Of a stretch of DNA of 64,000 nt, positions 35,901-47,409 are shown in pieces. Each line of letters starts with the position of its first letter. Within the stretch, counting starts at the first letter, position 1. The notes beneath the pieces are model-generated. The model was not told where the DNA came from. It worked only from the letters and a program-made list of their open reading frames with translations, and made no database searches. The translations under genes were made by a program, and so were the position numbers. The stretch lies in NCBI RefSeq assembly GCF_006345805.1, contig NC_043026.1, positions 8,618,001-8,682,000 of the forward strand, given 5' to 3'. Source of the DNA: Octopus sinensis (taxonomy: Eukaryota).

Positions 35901-38441
35901 CCTAGTAACAATTAATAGCTTTTCTGTTTTCTTGTCTATTGATAATGATTTCACAAAAACAGGGATATTAATTGTCTTAATTACTTCGACTTGATTATAA
36001 TAATTGATGACTAAAATATCTAAATGTGATGGTTTATCACAATAACAAACAATTTCACATTCACCCATCTTACACACCCGTACATAAGGCTGCCTTAATG
36101 ACACACTTCTCACTGTCTTTGACAGGTTTCCGATGACCCTTAATTGTTTCTGTAGGGGTAATGTGACCCCTATATGATTTGAATCCCATCGACATATATC
36201 TGTGGCTGTAGACGGCAGAGATAATCTGGACACAATGTCTCCTTCCTGAGAAATGTATAACAAGCAATCATGCTTGATGTCGGAAACCACCAACTGTCCA
36301 TTGGACAGATTACATATTTCGCCAATGACAAGTTTTTGGTCATTCTCCTTTTCTTTGAGTCGTAGATTTAGATTTCTGATATAAGGATTTTTCGTGGGTA
36401 AACGACAGCCAGACGACAGGTCTTGATACTTGTAAAGAAGAACCCTGTTGAGTTGAGTGTCCGGGACATAAAGAGTTCCTTGGAAAACAGCAATGTGAGG
36501 GTGAACAGGGAAAGGCAGTTTCCACTGCCATTTCATTTCTCCATATAGATCGTAACATCTGAGAATAGAGTGTCTCCTGAAGAGGACATAGAAATAAACA
36601 TTATCAGAGTAGATGTGATGAGGGTAGCCATAGAATGGAAGGTATTTTTGAAAAAGTTCTTCACCAAATGTGGAATAAAATACCATTTTATTTTCGTTTC
36701 CATCTACGACGACAAAATTAATTGGAGTTGCAGCAATGCTGACATTATGATGTCCCAGAGAAATTCTTTCTGCAATGTCAACTTTATCTTCGTTGATCAA
36801 GAGGATATGGACCTCACTTTTGTTTTCAGTGGTGGTCACAGCCAGACACTTATTTGATACAATATGACATATTTTCATGTAACCAGTTTGCACCTTTATT
36901 AAAGGGCCTTTTCTTAGTTCAGGACAGGTGATATACTGAAACCCTTTCGTTTCAGGATAAAATACCAGGAATCTGTTTGCGTTTATTCTACAACAGAAAG
37001 AAGGAAGCTCAAGGAAAACTGAATTATTTTGGTTAATTATTTCCCCGTTATCAGTAAATAATTTAGCTTTCTTGTTTTTGTAAATTATTAATATAGAAGA
37101 TGTAGACATAGGTAGAATATTTGTAATGTTGTAGCAATCCTCAATATCAATATAGTCTTTTAAACTGGGGGTATGTAGCTGGTGGTTGTATGACAGTTTG
37201 GGCCAAAAGTCTTTATTCATTTGAATACCATGTGGTTTACCGCAATAATCTGTTACCAAAATGGTATCTTTACCAACAGAAATAGAGCGGCATTTCCTGC
37301 CAATGTCCCTCCTTGTTACACCACCTTTAGCTGAAATCCTATAAATTATTTGTCCCTGAAGGACATAGAAATAATTTTGGTAGAGAGAGATTTTACTTGG
37401 GAGGTGCAGAGAATGGGTCTCTACCTCCCATAACTGTTGGCCATCCAGTTTGTAACAGATTACTCTGTTGATGCTGGCGAATGTAATTACAAGTATATTC
37501 TGGATCCCTACAGCAAGATCTGTTGGGGTTTCTTTGGTAATAAATTGATAGTTTATGGTATTATCCTCCCAATCAAATTGGTAAACAGTCTTACCAAACA
37601 TTTCTACACCTATAAGTGTAGAATCTTCCAAGTAACTCACCATATGTAACCCCAACTGTATCCTTTTGATTTTGAAGGTTTTGGGGCTGATAATAAGAAT
37701 CATTTCTCGGAAGGGGAGGGTTGCCAGAACCATGTCTTCACTGATTCTGGTGAAACTGGTCACAGAAGATGGACAATGGACATCAATTCTGTCACTGTCT
37801 CTTGTTACTAAACTTATTGTCTTACAATGGTGGGAATATGTCATAACTCCCTCCTCTATAATGACAATATTGGATATTATTGTCCTTTCTTCAAATTCTT
37901 CTCCAGATTCCTCAATCTTTGCTTCTCTGGTCACAACTGGCTGAAGCGGCCGAAATTTTGTGGTCACTTTTGGTGGTTCAATGGTCTTGTGGTTGTATGG
38001 GTTACAGGTGACATAAATGTCAAAGAGTCTTTGTTGAAACCAATCAAGGTTTTGGTGAACAAAATCATTATTTTGTTTTGCAAATTCCAGAAATCTTGGC
38101 ATTTTACGTTTGATATTACGTAAAATACGAGATCCATTTAAGCCCAGAGAGTCCATGTGATTACATTTATCCTTTACATAATCTATAAACATATTGATGT
38201 GGTCTGTTTTAATTAGTGTTCGGTAACATCTCACAATATGAAGAAAACTTGGTAACATGGACTTTTCCTGTTCTTTAGATTTCTTTGTGTCTTTTCTTTC
38301 CTGTTCTTCTGTTTTCTTTGTGTTTTGTGTATGTAATATTTGGGGAAGATTTGGTGTAGTTTCCTTATGAATTGGTGTTGTATCACAGACTGTGGCAGGA
38401 ATGAGAGCCAACATTTTGTTTTCTTCATTAATCTTCTCCAT
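32922..38441 (-). CDS. 1839-aa single-coding-exon protein with ~6 tandem NHL/SGL-like beta-propeller modules
   Basis: 5.5-kb stop-free ORF in AT-rich DNA. Beta-strand-rich repeats with a recurring [PT]xxIC(R)Wxxxx(I/V)xVTLP-like motif at aa ~229, 482, 747, 1053, 1342 and 1571. NHL-like blades such as IGEICNLSNGQLVVSDIKHDCLLYI. An in-frame upstream stop supports the ATG. The fold assignment is an inference. Confidence 0.9.
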   Translation of the reverse strand: MEKINEENKMLALIPATVCDTTPIHKETTPNLPQILHTQNTKKTEEQERKDTKKSKEQEKSMLPSFLHIVRCYRTLIKTDHINMFIDYVKDKCNHMDSLGLNGSRILRNIKRKMPRFLEFAKQNNDFVHQNLDWFQQRLFDIYVTCNPYNHKTIEPPKVTTKFRPLQPVVTREAKIEESGEEFEERTIISNIVIIEEGVMTYSHHCKTISLVTRDSDRIDVHCPSSVTSFTRISEDMVLATLPFREMILIISPKTFKIKRIQLGLHMVSYLEDSTLIGVEMFGKTVYQFDWEDNTINYQFITKETPTDLAVGIQNILVITFASINRVICYKLDGQQLWEVETHSLHLPSKISLYQNYFYVLQGQIIYRISAKGGVTRRDIGRKCRSISVGKDTILVTDYCGKPHGIQMNKDFWPKLSYNHQLHTPSLKDYIDIEDCYNITNILPMSTSSILIIYKNKKAKLFTDNGEIINQNNSVFLELPSFCCRINANRFLVFYPETKGFQYITCPELRKGPLIKVQTGYMKICHIVSNKCLAVTTTENKSEVHILLINEDKVDIAERISLGHHNVSIAATPINFVVVDGNENKMVFYSTFGEELFQKYLPFYGYPHHIYSDNVYFYVLFRRHSILRCYDLYGEMKWQWKLPFPVHPHIAVFQGTLYVPDTQLNRVLLYKYQDLSSGCRLPTKNPYIRNLNLRLKEKENDQKLVIGEICNLSNGQLVVSDIKHDCLLYISQEGDIVSRLSLPSTATDICRWDSNHIGVTLPLQKQLRVIGNLSKTVRSVSLRQPYVRVCKMGECEIVCYCDKPSHLDILVINYYNQVEVIKTINIPVFVKSLSIDKKTEKLLIVTRGKAIQYNTTIGSGSHGRACCQSGGSDGSISSIDMVSSDSESETEAFFKHISGGGHGGRQMVPSVLMSQVKRLPNLQGGSIDQTSVYLIDRSRMFAINDQNLLVNDLVTNNQLNYYIDLVDVFSRNISLSEMLSSTLYLQDLTVSDKARHIPLPQHLGDKEPVGINYLVLTENSLIAGCDEWNKNIKIFTLDGQLLDSIKWNVNGFIKMCRWQSNTLVITNKDRFDNKSQLLTLKVEFPLSLIIYKTRTNYKCVASLSNNQLVLSEWEDERHLHFVDIDEIHTSVKEIKQIKIPEPLIMRKEDGNYSDDIKDIKVTDEDVIIVLNERFIIFFNSGGQYLHSVSHYMKYYFGEDNMTIDDSFLYICGRWEKYLAFSGYNSILCLTQNGEYKRIFLNERIYKDEVEFFSINYKGPRFVGSPRKGRRNELYVEGLFMVNRDSFPVARLQTDKCPVQVKDFDVSEEGKTVVCEKTNNGNVKIFDEDGQLLCHRNVASLVGGVCFTQKSHIMATVPKRKEIFQLNGEDLQTSKVWPSLIPYGVIWRKVAGIYWCVHIELIECHCIKIDGDQVNILESVSLLNLDSGLRFPSITSETNKEIFSNELINKLEYRGGDGDGGGRRRGKSGEIIGKGRLKVRCGNYIAEINNSGIDEISVRRLPYRTAMVPFSIPAFEEPVNYDFKDIRDWNSKLIKLDENVSVLIFRESVTLIRTTTTVDILQYEQQQQRPPLDICRWTDECFIVAFGREMRVFNRDLCRLKTIRTEKYYNRIYKYNDNQLVCGGHYIRDITQEERHKKYQRKWMNNKYYFYCKDPALFDPYYVDVVDIKDGKCKDEVCRGKIRRCGRFEGDEGVDDVGVTSFGDVVVVRREWKKEFELWNDLCFVEWFRENLLVRRLRIEGSIFYGLDYYIPRPHLTIIGECVYITDRRNNIYEIPRHIEEETSEDDEILGLKDNPKYLLLRNIDNEVFEVLGLDVSDNSLMVFGIIPGRQSFAFFYYEK

Positions 38442-38580
38442 TTTATTAATATAGAATTATTATCTTTTTCTGTTAAATATATTCTTTTCTGTGGATTTTG
38501 TTTTCTTCCTTTCGAATACAATTTATCTCTTCAAAATTCACTAATTTTTAAAGCAAAGCTGAAATAAAATGAAAACTTTA
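38442..38580 (-). other. 5'UTR and splice acceptor of the propeller-gene terminal exon
   Basis: TTTTCATTTTATTTCAG|CTTTGC, exon start at 38558, 117 nt before the ATG. Confidence 0.6.
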
Positions 38581-40471
38581 TTAGTTTTGTGAAAAGCTTT
38601 TAATAAAATAGTATTTACTTGATTCATTCAAACAATTTCAAGGAAAACACACATTTCATTAAATATATTAAACAAATTGTTTATTTGACAGTGAAGATCA
38701 ACATTTAAACTGTTTCCAATGGAATAATCATTAGAAATAAAACTTGAAGATATAAATACACCATTATCTTTATTGACTGAATATAAGTGATGGTGAAAAG
38801 TGTTGTAGTAAGAAGGAATATAAATATTTTGTTGAGGTTATTTCTACAGATATTATCGGTAGAAATTATAGCCAGGACTGAATTCCTGCTACAACATTTC
38901 ATATCGAAATGTCAGACGGAAACAAACAATGAGATCAAAGAGAAAAACATCTGTTGTTTGTTCTCATTGTTTATCTCATTGTTTGTTTACATCTGACATC
39001 TCGATAGGAAAGGTTTCAGCAAAAAATCAGAGCCAACTATAATTTCTATGGAATATCAATAGAATAATGTGAAAAACACTGCTAACAAAGTAGAATGTGG
39101 TGTTGACTTCTAAAACGATTTAATATATTTTCCAGGAATTTATGGTTGCATAATGATATACCATGTCCCTACAAATCAGGAATATAAGTATTATTAATAA
39201 TTATATGCACTGGAAATGATGTGACAGTCATGGCTGGCTTGGTTTCCATCATATTTACTTGGATTCACAGATACCAATAAAGCTGGAGATGAAACTGTTC
39301 TTAACCTGACAAATGCTGTAAATCTCTCAACATTTCAATATAATCCACACAATTATCATACACAACATTGATTAACTCGGAAAGCTTATCCAAAGATGGG
39401 CTTTCATATAATCACACTGATAGACAGCATGTTGAGAGGATCGTTATTATTTGTTGCTGATTGAGATAATAAAGATTGGTTAATGAATAAGCCCAATTAA
39501 TGAAAGGTAGGTTCATCTTAATTATCTTTAATATAAGGGACAATGTTTGGGTAGCAATGAGAAAGATGTGTTTCCATGAAAAAGGGGTTTGGCAGGTGAA
39601 GTGTGTTTTGTTTTGTGTTAGGTGAGGAGTTATAACTTGGTGTAGTTTATTATGACGTATTGGGGGTTTAATGAGGGTTAAACTAAAGTGTTTGACCTGG
39701 TCATAAAAAAAATAATGTAATAGGTGTAAAGCAACTTCCTCTAAACGAATACGACACAAAAAAAAATCTTGCGAAAGTGGGGGAGAGAGGCCTCGGAAAA
39801 TTCACATCATGAATGTTCCGGGTCTGACCCATTCACAACCCCCCCCCAAAAAGTGTAATAGGTGCAAAACAACTTGTTCTAAATGATTATCAAGAACATA
39901 CACACACACATACAACAGACTTCCACAGTTTCTATCTATCAAATTCTCTCACTGGGCATCTGTCAACCATCACACCCACCTTGGAAGACATGGGAAATAA
40001 GAACTTTTGTTCTTGCAAAATGGTTTTGGGTGAGCAATAGGAAGGCTGTCTGCCTGTAAAACAAGGCTACAATAATATATTCACCTAACCCATGCTAGCA
40101 TACAAAATCAGATGTGCAATCAAACATAAGTAAACCCATGTTTATTCATTCATATACTCTTATGCATGCATAAACACACACACACACGTGTATGTGTGCA
40201 TCTGGTGTTAAGAAGATCATCCAGCTATAGAAATCTTGCCAAATCTTTCATTGGCGCTCAGCAATGTCCTCTGGTTCACTGCTTCCTCATCAACTGTCCT
40301 ACCCATGCCAGTTAGGGAAAATGGATGTCAAAACCTTTATAATACATCAGATGATGTATTTTCTTTTCTGTATTTTCCCTCTCATAATTTTGTTTTGTTT
40401 CTTGCCAGGTTCTTGTGAGTCCCACTCAGTCAAGTCTATGACTACACTCGATGAGGGTCACCAATCCTCAC

Positions 40472-40552
40472 CTGGTTTCAAGCAAGAGAATATTTCCCCA
40501 AGTTCTTCCAACATGAACAGCACAATGGTTGGATATGTTTTCTGGTGGAACA
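40472..40552 (-). other. Candidate 81-nt non-coding internal exon of the propeller gene
   Basis: GTCGTTTGTTTGCAG| acceptor and CCAG|GTGAGG donor in non-repetitive sequence. An alternative plus-strand acceptor at ~40408 cannot be excluded. Confidence 0.35.
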
Positions 40553-40879
40553 CTGCAAACAAACGACTCTGTTCGTGTGACGTGACATTTGTTTATAATT
40601 CGCAGCAGATGTCAAGACAAGCAGATGTGAGCAGACATATGCACACACATACAAATATAAATATGCACATATGAATATACACACACATGTATATACCATA
40701 GGCTTTATCAGTTCCATGTACGAAACCCACTCACAAGGCTTAAGTCAACTTGGAACATTAGAAGTCATTTCTGTAAGGTGCTGCAAAGTGGGACTGAACC
40801 TGAGACCACAAGGTTTTGAAGTGAATTCCTTAACCTTACAGCCATGCTCCCATCTTTTTTTGGTGATATTTTGAAGATA

Positions 40880-41300
40880 AATAATAATAATAATAATTAA
40901 TTCTTTTTATTGGCCACAAGGCCTGACACACATGATTAGAAAACATAAAGGGACAAAACAGGACGAAAGGTTACAAAGGGTTTTGTGTCCGTTTGTGAAA
41001 AAATCATGTAAAAGCAGTGTAACAATCAAATAATATAACAACGAAAAACTCCCAATAGGGGGAGGCGCTTCGAAAGGTTCCTGGTGGAAAAAACCCCATA
41101 AAAGCCAACGGGAGCCTGGTCAAAAGGGGGGTAGAGAGCCGTTTTCTCCTTTTATAATACCTTTTTCAATTACAGGCAAAACCTCAGAATTGGTCCATTT
41201 ATACTGGCCATTCTTGCACAATTCACCCACCTTTCAGAAAACTTGCTATCGGACAGCACTCTCCTCTCTAACCTCATCTTCCTTTTCAAGTGAAACTTGA
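40880..41300 (-). mobile_element. Tx1/L1-like LINE 3' end
   Basis: Minus strand gives FKFHLKRKMRLERRVLSDSKFSERWVNCARMA, then a 3'UTR with AATAAA and a (TTA)n tail. Confidence 0.5.
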
Positions 41301-43191
41301 ATTTTTTTATTATAATAAAAATGATTTCAAGTTTTGGCACAAGGCCAGCAAGTTCAAGGAAGGGGCCAGTCTATTACACCGACCCCAGTACTCAGCTAGT
41401 ACTTAATTTATTGATCCCAAAATGATGAAAGGCTAAGTCAACCTTAGTGGAATTTGAACTCGGAATGTAAAAAGGGACAAAATGGTGGTCAAAATTTTGC
41501 TTTGCATCCTCACAATTCTGCCAGCTCATCACAACAATAATAATAATAATAATGATCCTTTCTTACTATAGGAAGAAGGCCTGAAATTTGGGGTGAGGGG
41601 ACTAGTTGAATACTTCAACCTCAGCGTGTAACTGGTACTTATTCAATCGACCCCAAAAGGGTGAAAGGCAAAGTTGAACTCAGAACATTGCGGCAAACGA
41701 GTCATAGTAATAATAATAATAATCATCATCGTTTAACGTCCGCTTTCCATGCTAGCATGGGTTGGACGGTTCAACTGGGGTCTGGGAAGCCAGAAGGCTG
41801 CGCCAGGCCCAGTCTGATCTGGCAGTGTTTCTACAGCTGGATGCCCTTCCTAACGCCAACCACTCCGAGAGTGTAGTGGGTGCTTTTTACGTGCCTCAAT
41901 AATAATAATAATAATGCTGCTTTCAAATTTTAGCACAAGGCCAGCAAGTTGAGGGGAGCAGGTAAGTTGATTACATCGACCCCAGAACTCAAAAGGTACT
42001 TATTTTATCAACCTCATGAGAATGGGGCCCCAAGACAGATTGAAAGATCTCAGCCAGCAGCGAACTGTCTCTACACAAATAGATCTGTGGTGACTCCCTA
42101 GGGTGTGCCTAACTGATTCTATTGCCCTCCAGAATATATTTATTTTAAATCATTTATTTTAAATCGTTCATCTTTCTTCCCTTCTCTCTCTCACACACAC
42201 ATTACTTTGGGTGCGAAAGAGTTTTGTTTTTATTTTAAGCCGAGTAAAAAAGTGTTTTGTTGACAATCCATTTATTTAACAGCAAAGAAACAAAGAGGTG
42301 GGTAACAATTTGTCAGTGAATTACACAATATAAATGGGTACAATTTACGAGGTTTCAACCCCACCCACTCCATTTCACGGACAACAAAAAGGGTTTTGAG
42401 GCCAGAGTAGTTGATTCCATGCAAAAAAAAAAAAAAACCATTTTTTTTCTTAGTGAAAATTATGTGAGTGTTAATCTAGAAATTTAACAACATTTTTCCC
42501 ATTCGTTTCTGTCTATGAACATGTATGCGTGCACAAAGCATGCAATACGTGTACGTATGTACGTGTGTTCGTGTCTGAGACGTTAAACTAACGAATTACA
42601 ATTTTATCAAGAAAGCCAAGAGAAAAAAATGTTTTATTTTGACACATTCTACCAGTATACGAAGTTTTAAAGTGTTTAGTTAACTATAAATTGTGTTGAA
42701 AAGTGCCGTTCAAAAGGAAAAGATCCCTCACCATTCTCGCAAACCCTGAAAAATAACGGGTCATCGGCAGGGCCTTTCTGTCTTGACTAAGTTTTGAAAG
42801 AATTAAGTTTACGAAAAACAACCAATTAATTTAACTCATAAAATCAATTTAGAAATTTGAAATTTCACTTGAGAATTAGAAATCCACTTAAAACTACTTC
42901 AAATATTGTATCCTTAGATGAACATTTCCATCAAATAGTTCTGACATTGTGACCTACATTTGCCATTTAAATATGGCTAACCGCTAAGGGTGGATGCTAC
43001 TGTAAAGACACAGAAAGTGTGTCTATGGCCAGCTGGAGGAGGTGTCCTCATGGGGCTACAAACCACAATAGCATCCACCCTTAGGGGTTAGCCATATTTA
43101 AAAGGCAAATGTATGTCACAGTTCTGACATTGTTATAACGAAACTCTACTTGTATATTATATTACGGAAATGAAATGTTTTTTACTTGTAA

Positions 43192-43582
43192 CTAGCAGTA
43201 TCGCCCGGCGTTGCTCGGGTTTGTAAGGGAAATAACTATATAAGCATTTTTAGAGAGTTATAGCCAAAAAATAGCAAAAAAATGCATTAAAAATGGAAAA
43301 AATATGGTAAATTTTTTTAAAATCGTTGACTCATCGTAGACGTTTTTAGAGAGTTACTTCCCTTAAAAAAATATGCATTAAAATGGAAAAAAATGATGAT
43401 AAATTATTTTTTAAATCGTAGACTCATCGTAGACGCGCGCTAATACCCAGAAGGGCTCGATATGAATCACGACTATAAGATACCCGCTTTTGGTTAAACT
43501 GCACCGCAAAATGTGGGAGTAGTTAGGAATCTAAATCGAGGGGGACAGACACTCACACAACTACAGTTTTTATATATATAGA
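43192..43582 (-). mobile_element. Non-autonomous Helitron
   Basis: Same family as 29291-29688, with TC...CTAG ends. Confidence 0.9.
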
Positions 43583-43625
43583 TATAACATAGTAAAACGT
43601 TTGAACAATGTCTAGTCTAAAAAAT

Positions 43626-44105
43626 TACGGAGATGTACTCGCATAGCAAGTGACTTGATCTGAGATCGTGTGCTGGAACGAAAACAATTGCAGCGTGGAA
43701 GGTGTTTGTAAGCCATTTAAGCCGTTCGATTCACTTCAACATTTAAGTTTTATTTTTCAAAATATAAGGTTGTCCCAAAAGTTCGTAGAAAGTCTTGGAA
43801 AATAATGGTCTTTATTTTGAGGAATAATTTTTGTTGCTTTTGTTAGAACTTGGCGAGTAAAAATTCAATTTTCGCAAGTGTTTACGAACTTTTGGGACAA
43901 CCTAATATCTCCATCGCTTCAAGACCGCAACCTGTTCACTGACAAAAATCCGTGCTGCATCTCTGAGATGTCTTTCGGTATTTAATGGACTTTTGTCTTA
44001 AAGCAACGAAAATATTTTGACAAATTAAACTTAAATATTGAAGTGAATCGAACGGCCTTTGTGTGTTTCTTGAATGGCTTACAAACACCTTCCACGTTGC
44101 AATTG
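43626..44105. mobile_element. Unclassified element with a 13-bp flanking direct repeat and internal inverted arms
   Basis: TAGTCTAAAAAAT at 43613-43625 and 44106-44118. ~43685-43750 is inverted at ~44025-44105. Confidence 0.6.
43765..43905. mobile_element. Tc1/mariner-type MITE nested in the previous element
   Basis: Perfect 21-bp inverted repeat AGGTTGTCCCAAAAGTTCGTA, flanked by TA. Confidence 0.85.
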
Positions 44106-44240
44106 TAGTCTAAAAAATATTGCCTGAAAATAAAACAAATTCCAGTATAAAAGTGTATTTATATTTGCAATAAGTTCCAACGAATATTTAACAAAGTAAA
44201 TGTATTAGAGAATTATTAATTAAAATAATTATCACAATAA

Positions 44241-44364
44241 TACTTACTAGAGTATGAATTTCAGCCTCAAATCTTTCAATCTCGGGACAATTCTGCAAGA
44301 CCCTTTCGTTCTCGAGGCTGTCCCAAAGTATTTGTGGCCCCGACCTGCTGACGTGGTATTTATA
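44241..44364 (-). promoter_or_regulatory. Candidate TATA promoter and non-coding first exon of the propeller gene
   Basis: TATAAATA at 44364-44357 in a locally CpG-rich unique stretch, predicted start ~44335, and donor CTA|GTAAGT at 44248/44247. Confidence 0.45.
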
Positions 44365-45127
44365 CGACAGCGGGAAGGAGTTTATAGGCGTATGGGCGTT
44401 ACCTTACGCAGCTCTGCTTCAACGTCTGTGTGTATATATATCTATGTTGAAGTGTCTATGTCAGCATGTAAGTTTCTTTAAATGTCTGTGTGTATATTGC
44501 AGTGTGTGTATGTTTGATTAAGGTACTATTGTATGTACGCATATGTGAATGTATGTATATGTCTGTGTGTGTGTGTGTTCAGAATGGTCTACATTCGAGG
44601 AACTCAAATGAACTTTTATTTTATTTTATTTTATTGTTTGGTGACATTTTCGAACGAATTGCAAGAACTGTGAGATATTCAATTTTTTTATTTACATTTA
44701 TTTACATACACACACACATACATAAATACACACACATACACACATAAATATGTATCGCGCACGTGCGATACAAGTATGTATCGCGTAGGCGCCAGTCATC
44801 TCATTTGCATACGCGTGTGTGCGCACCGGGACCAGTATTCGCTAGTAGTACCCTTGGCTAACAATGTGTATGCGTGTCAGCCAGCCTTCTCCCACTGTGT
44901 GGATAATCTATCTCTCCCCACCACTCCCATTCATTTATACACTCTTTCTTTCTCTTTCTACTTTTTCTCAGAGAAAAACTTTTAAAAGTTTCTGAACAAA
45001 TTTCTTTTTTGTTTTTAGAAAATTTCCTTTCGTGGAAAAAATACATTTGGAATGTTTTAACGCATTTATACAACAACCACATATAGAAATGTATACCCAC
45101 CTACTTACATGCACACACATTTATATG

Positions 45128-45492
45128 AGGAAGCACTCCGTCGGTTACGACGATGAGGGTTCCGGTTGATCCGAATCAACGGAACAGCCTGCTCGTGAAA
45201 TTAAAGTGTAAGTGGCTGAGCACTCCACAGACACGTGCACCCTTAACGTAGTTCTCGGGGATATTCAGCGTGACACATGAAATACGGGTACAACAGAAAC
45301 AGGAAGTAAGAGTGAGAAAGTTGTGGTGAAAGAGTACAGCAGGGATCACCACCATCCCCTGCCGGAGCCTCGTGGAGCTTTTAGGTGTTTTCGCTCAATA
45401 AACACTCACAACGCCCGGTCTGGGAATCGAAACCGCGATCCTATGACCACGAGTCCGCTGCCCTAACCACTGGGCCATTGGGCCTCCACACG
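45128..45492 (-). mobile_element. SINE family C
   Basis: Reverse complement of 20972-21360, flanked by a CATTTATAT direct repeat. Confidence 0.9.
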
Positions 45493-45836
45493 CATTTATA
45501 TATTAACTGCGAGTAAGCACGTGTGTATGTATGTGCCTATATAAAAATATGTGTATATCCATATTAAGTATGTGTACATATGGCTTAATTGCAAAACAGT
45601 GACGAGGTCACACACATTCTGAGTTGTTCTACTACACCAGAATCTTAATTATGTATGTATTGTTGTGTGTGTGTATATACATACATACAGGTTAAACTAA
45701 AGCGTTAAACCCGGCCATAAAAACAAACAAAAAAATAGGGTTAGGGTTAGTAACAAGATGTCTCAGTTTTAGACGCAGCAAATGATTTTAGCTCAATGAA
45801 ATGAAGAACAACTTTCAAAAGAAACATATTTATTGC

Positions 45837-46378
45837 GGATCTTTTCCTTTTGAACGGCAGTTTGTAACATGATTTCTAGGTAACTAAAAACTTTTAAACT
45901 TCGTATACTGGTAGAATGTGTTCATAAAACATCATTTTCTCTTGGCTTTATTGAGAAAATTCTGTAGTTTGTAAGCTATTTCCACTTTAATTTCTTGCAT
46001 TTCGGCAAATTCAACCAATCACTCACGTCTATTGAGGTAAAAAAATATTCTGTGACGTATGAATATGTCCCTCGTTTAAGAAACAGATTGGGGATCTTTT
46101 CCTTTTGAACGGCAGTTTGTAACATAATTTCTAGGTAACTAAAAAGTTTTAAACTTCGTATACTGGTAGAATGTGTTCATAAAACATCATTTTCCCTTGG
46201 TTTTATTGAGAAAATTCTATAGTTTGTAAGATATTTCGTCTGAAAATCCGAGCATTTCGGCAATTTTAAGAAAGCCAAGAGAAAAAAAATGTTTTATTTT
46301 GACACATTCTACCAGTATACGAAGTTTTAAAGTGTTTAGTTAACTAGAAATTGTCTGCCGTTCAAAAGGAAAAGATTC
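45837..46378. mobile_element. Rearranged Merlin-type MITE family B (two left TIRs, one right TIR)
   Basis: GGATCTTTTCCTTTTGAACGGC at ~45837 and ~46092; inverted copy ending at ~46378. Confidence 0.7.
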
Positions 46379-46836
46379 TTTATTGCTTTAAAATAAATTC
46401 AATGAAACAATATTGAAAATGTAAAAAAAAAACAAAAACAAAAGTATTTAAATTAAAATCACACTCCATGGGGATGGAATATTCTAAAAGTTTACACACT
46501 GCCACTCCTTTTCTCCCTCTCCCTGTCTCACACACACACATAATGCTGGCATGTCTGTAATATAAAACGTTTCCTTCCCATCCACAATTAACAACAAGCT
46601 GGCATATTGAGGCCGACTTATTAAACCGAATAAGGAAGGAAGTAATTGAAAAATGGGTCAACACAATTCTGAGAAAACGCAGCTCATATCCTTGTCCTAG
46701 ATTTATAACGCAACTACCCAGATAAGATTCAATATTGTAGCTTAACCTGCACAAAAAAGCAAGTAAATCACACTCAAATCAAACAATATTCCTTATGTAT
46801 AATTAATATATACATAGGAGTGTATATATACATATA

Positions 46837-47385
46837 CGCAGGAGTGGCTGTGTGGGTGCCCTACTGTATAATACAACATTTTAAAAACTTTATATTGTAA
46901 ATATTATATATATTTTATTGTAATCACCAACGTTTTAAGCTACTACACCCTATATGTTTGTCTGTATTTGTATGTCCCCTCTATGTAACGCCTTAATGGC
47001 GAATCTTTCATGAAATAAAGTAGCTTGTCTACCATCCACATGGTTCCGGGTTCAGTCCCACTGCGTGGCACCTTGGGCAAGTGTCTTCTACTATAGCCTC
47101 GGGCCGACCAAAACCTTGTGAGTGGATTTGGTAGACGGAAACTGAAAGAAGCCCGTCGTATATATGTATATATATATATATGTGTGTGTATGTGTTTGTC
47201 CCCCTAGCATTGCTTGACAACCGATGCTGGTGTGTTTACGTCCCCGTCACTTAGCGGTTTGGCAAAAGAGACCGATAGAATAAGTACTGGGCTTACAAAA
47301 GAATAAGTCCCGGGGTCGATTTGCTCGACTAAAGGTGGTGCTCCAGCATGGCCGCAGTCAACTGACTGAAGCAAGTAAAAGAGTA
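46837..47385 (+). mobile_element. SINE family A with a ~165-bp insertion in its head
   Basis: GCAGGAGTGGCTGTGTGG, then a foreign segment ending ATGAAATAAA, then GTAGCTTG resumes at ~47021. Confidence 0.8.
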
Positions 47386-47409
47386 TATGTATAAACCAAC
47401 AAGTGAATG

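Noticed and set aside
40264-40674. 136-aa plus-strand ORF as a separate gene
   Set aside because: It starts in a retroelement remnant, ends in a microsatellite and has no recognisable domain. A plus-strand exon at ~40409 remains possible but unsupported.
29291-43582. Propeller gene captured inside a giant Helitron or Merlin element
   Set aside because: The flanking Helitrons are each complete short elements with their own ends. No shared termini or TSD enclose the gene.
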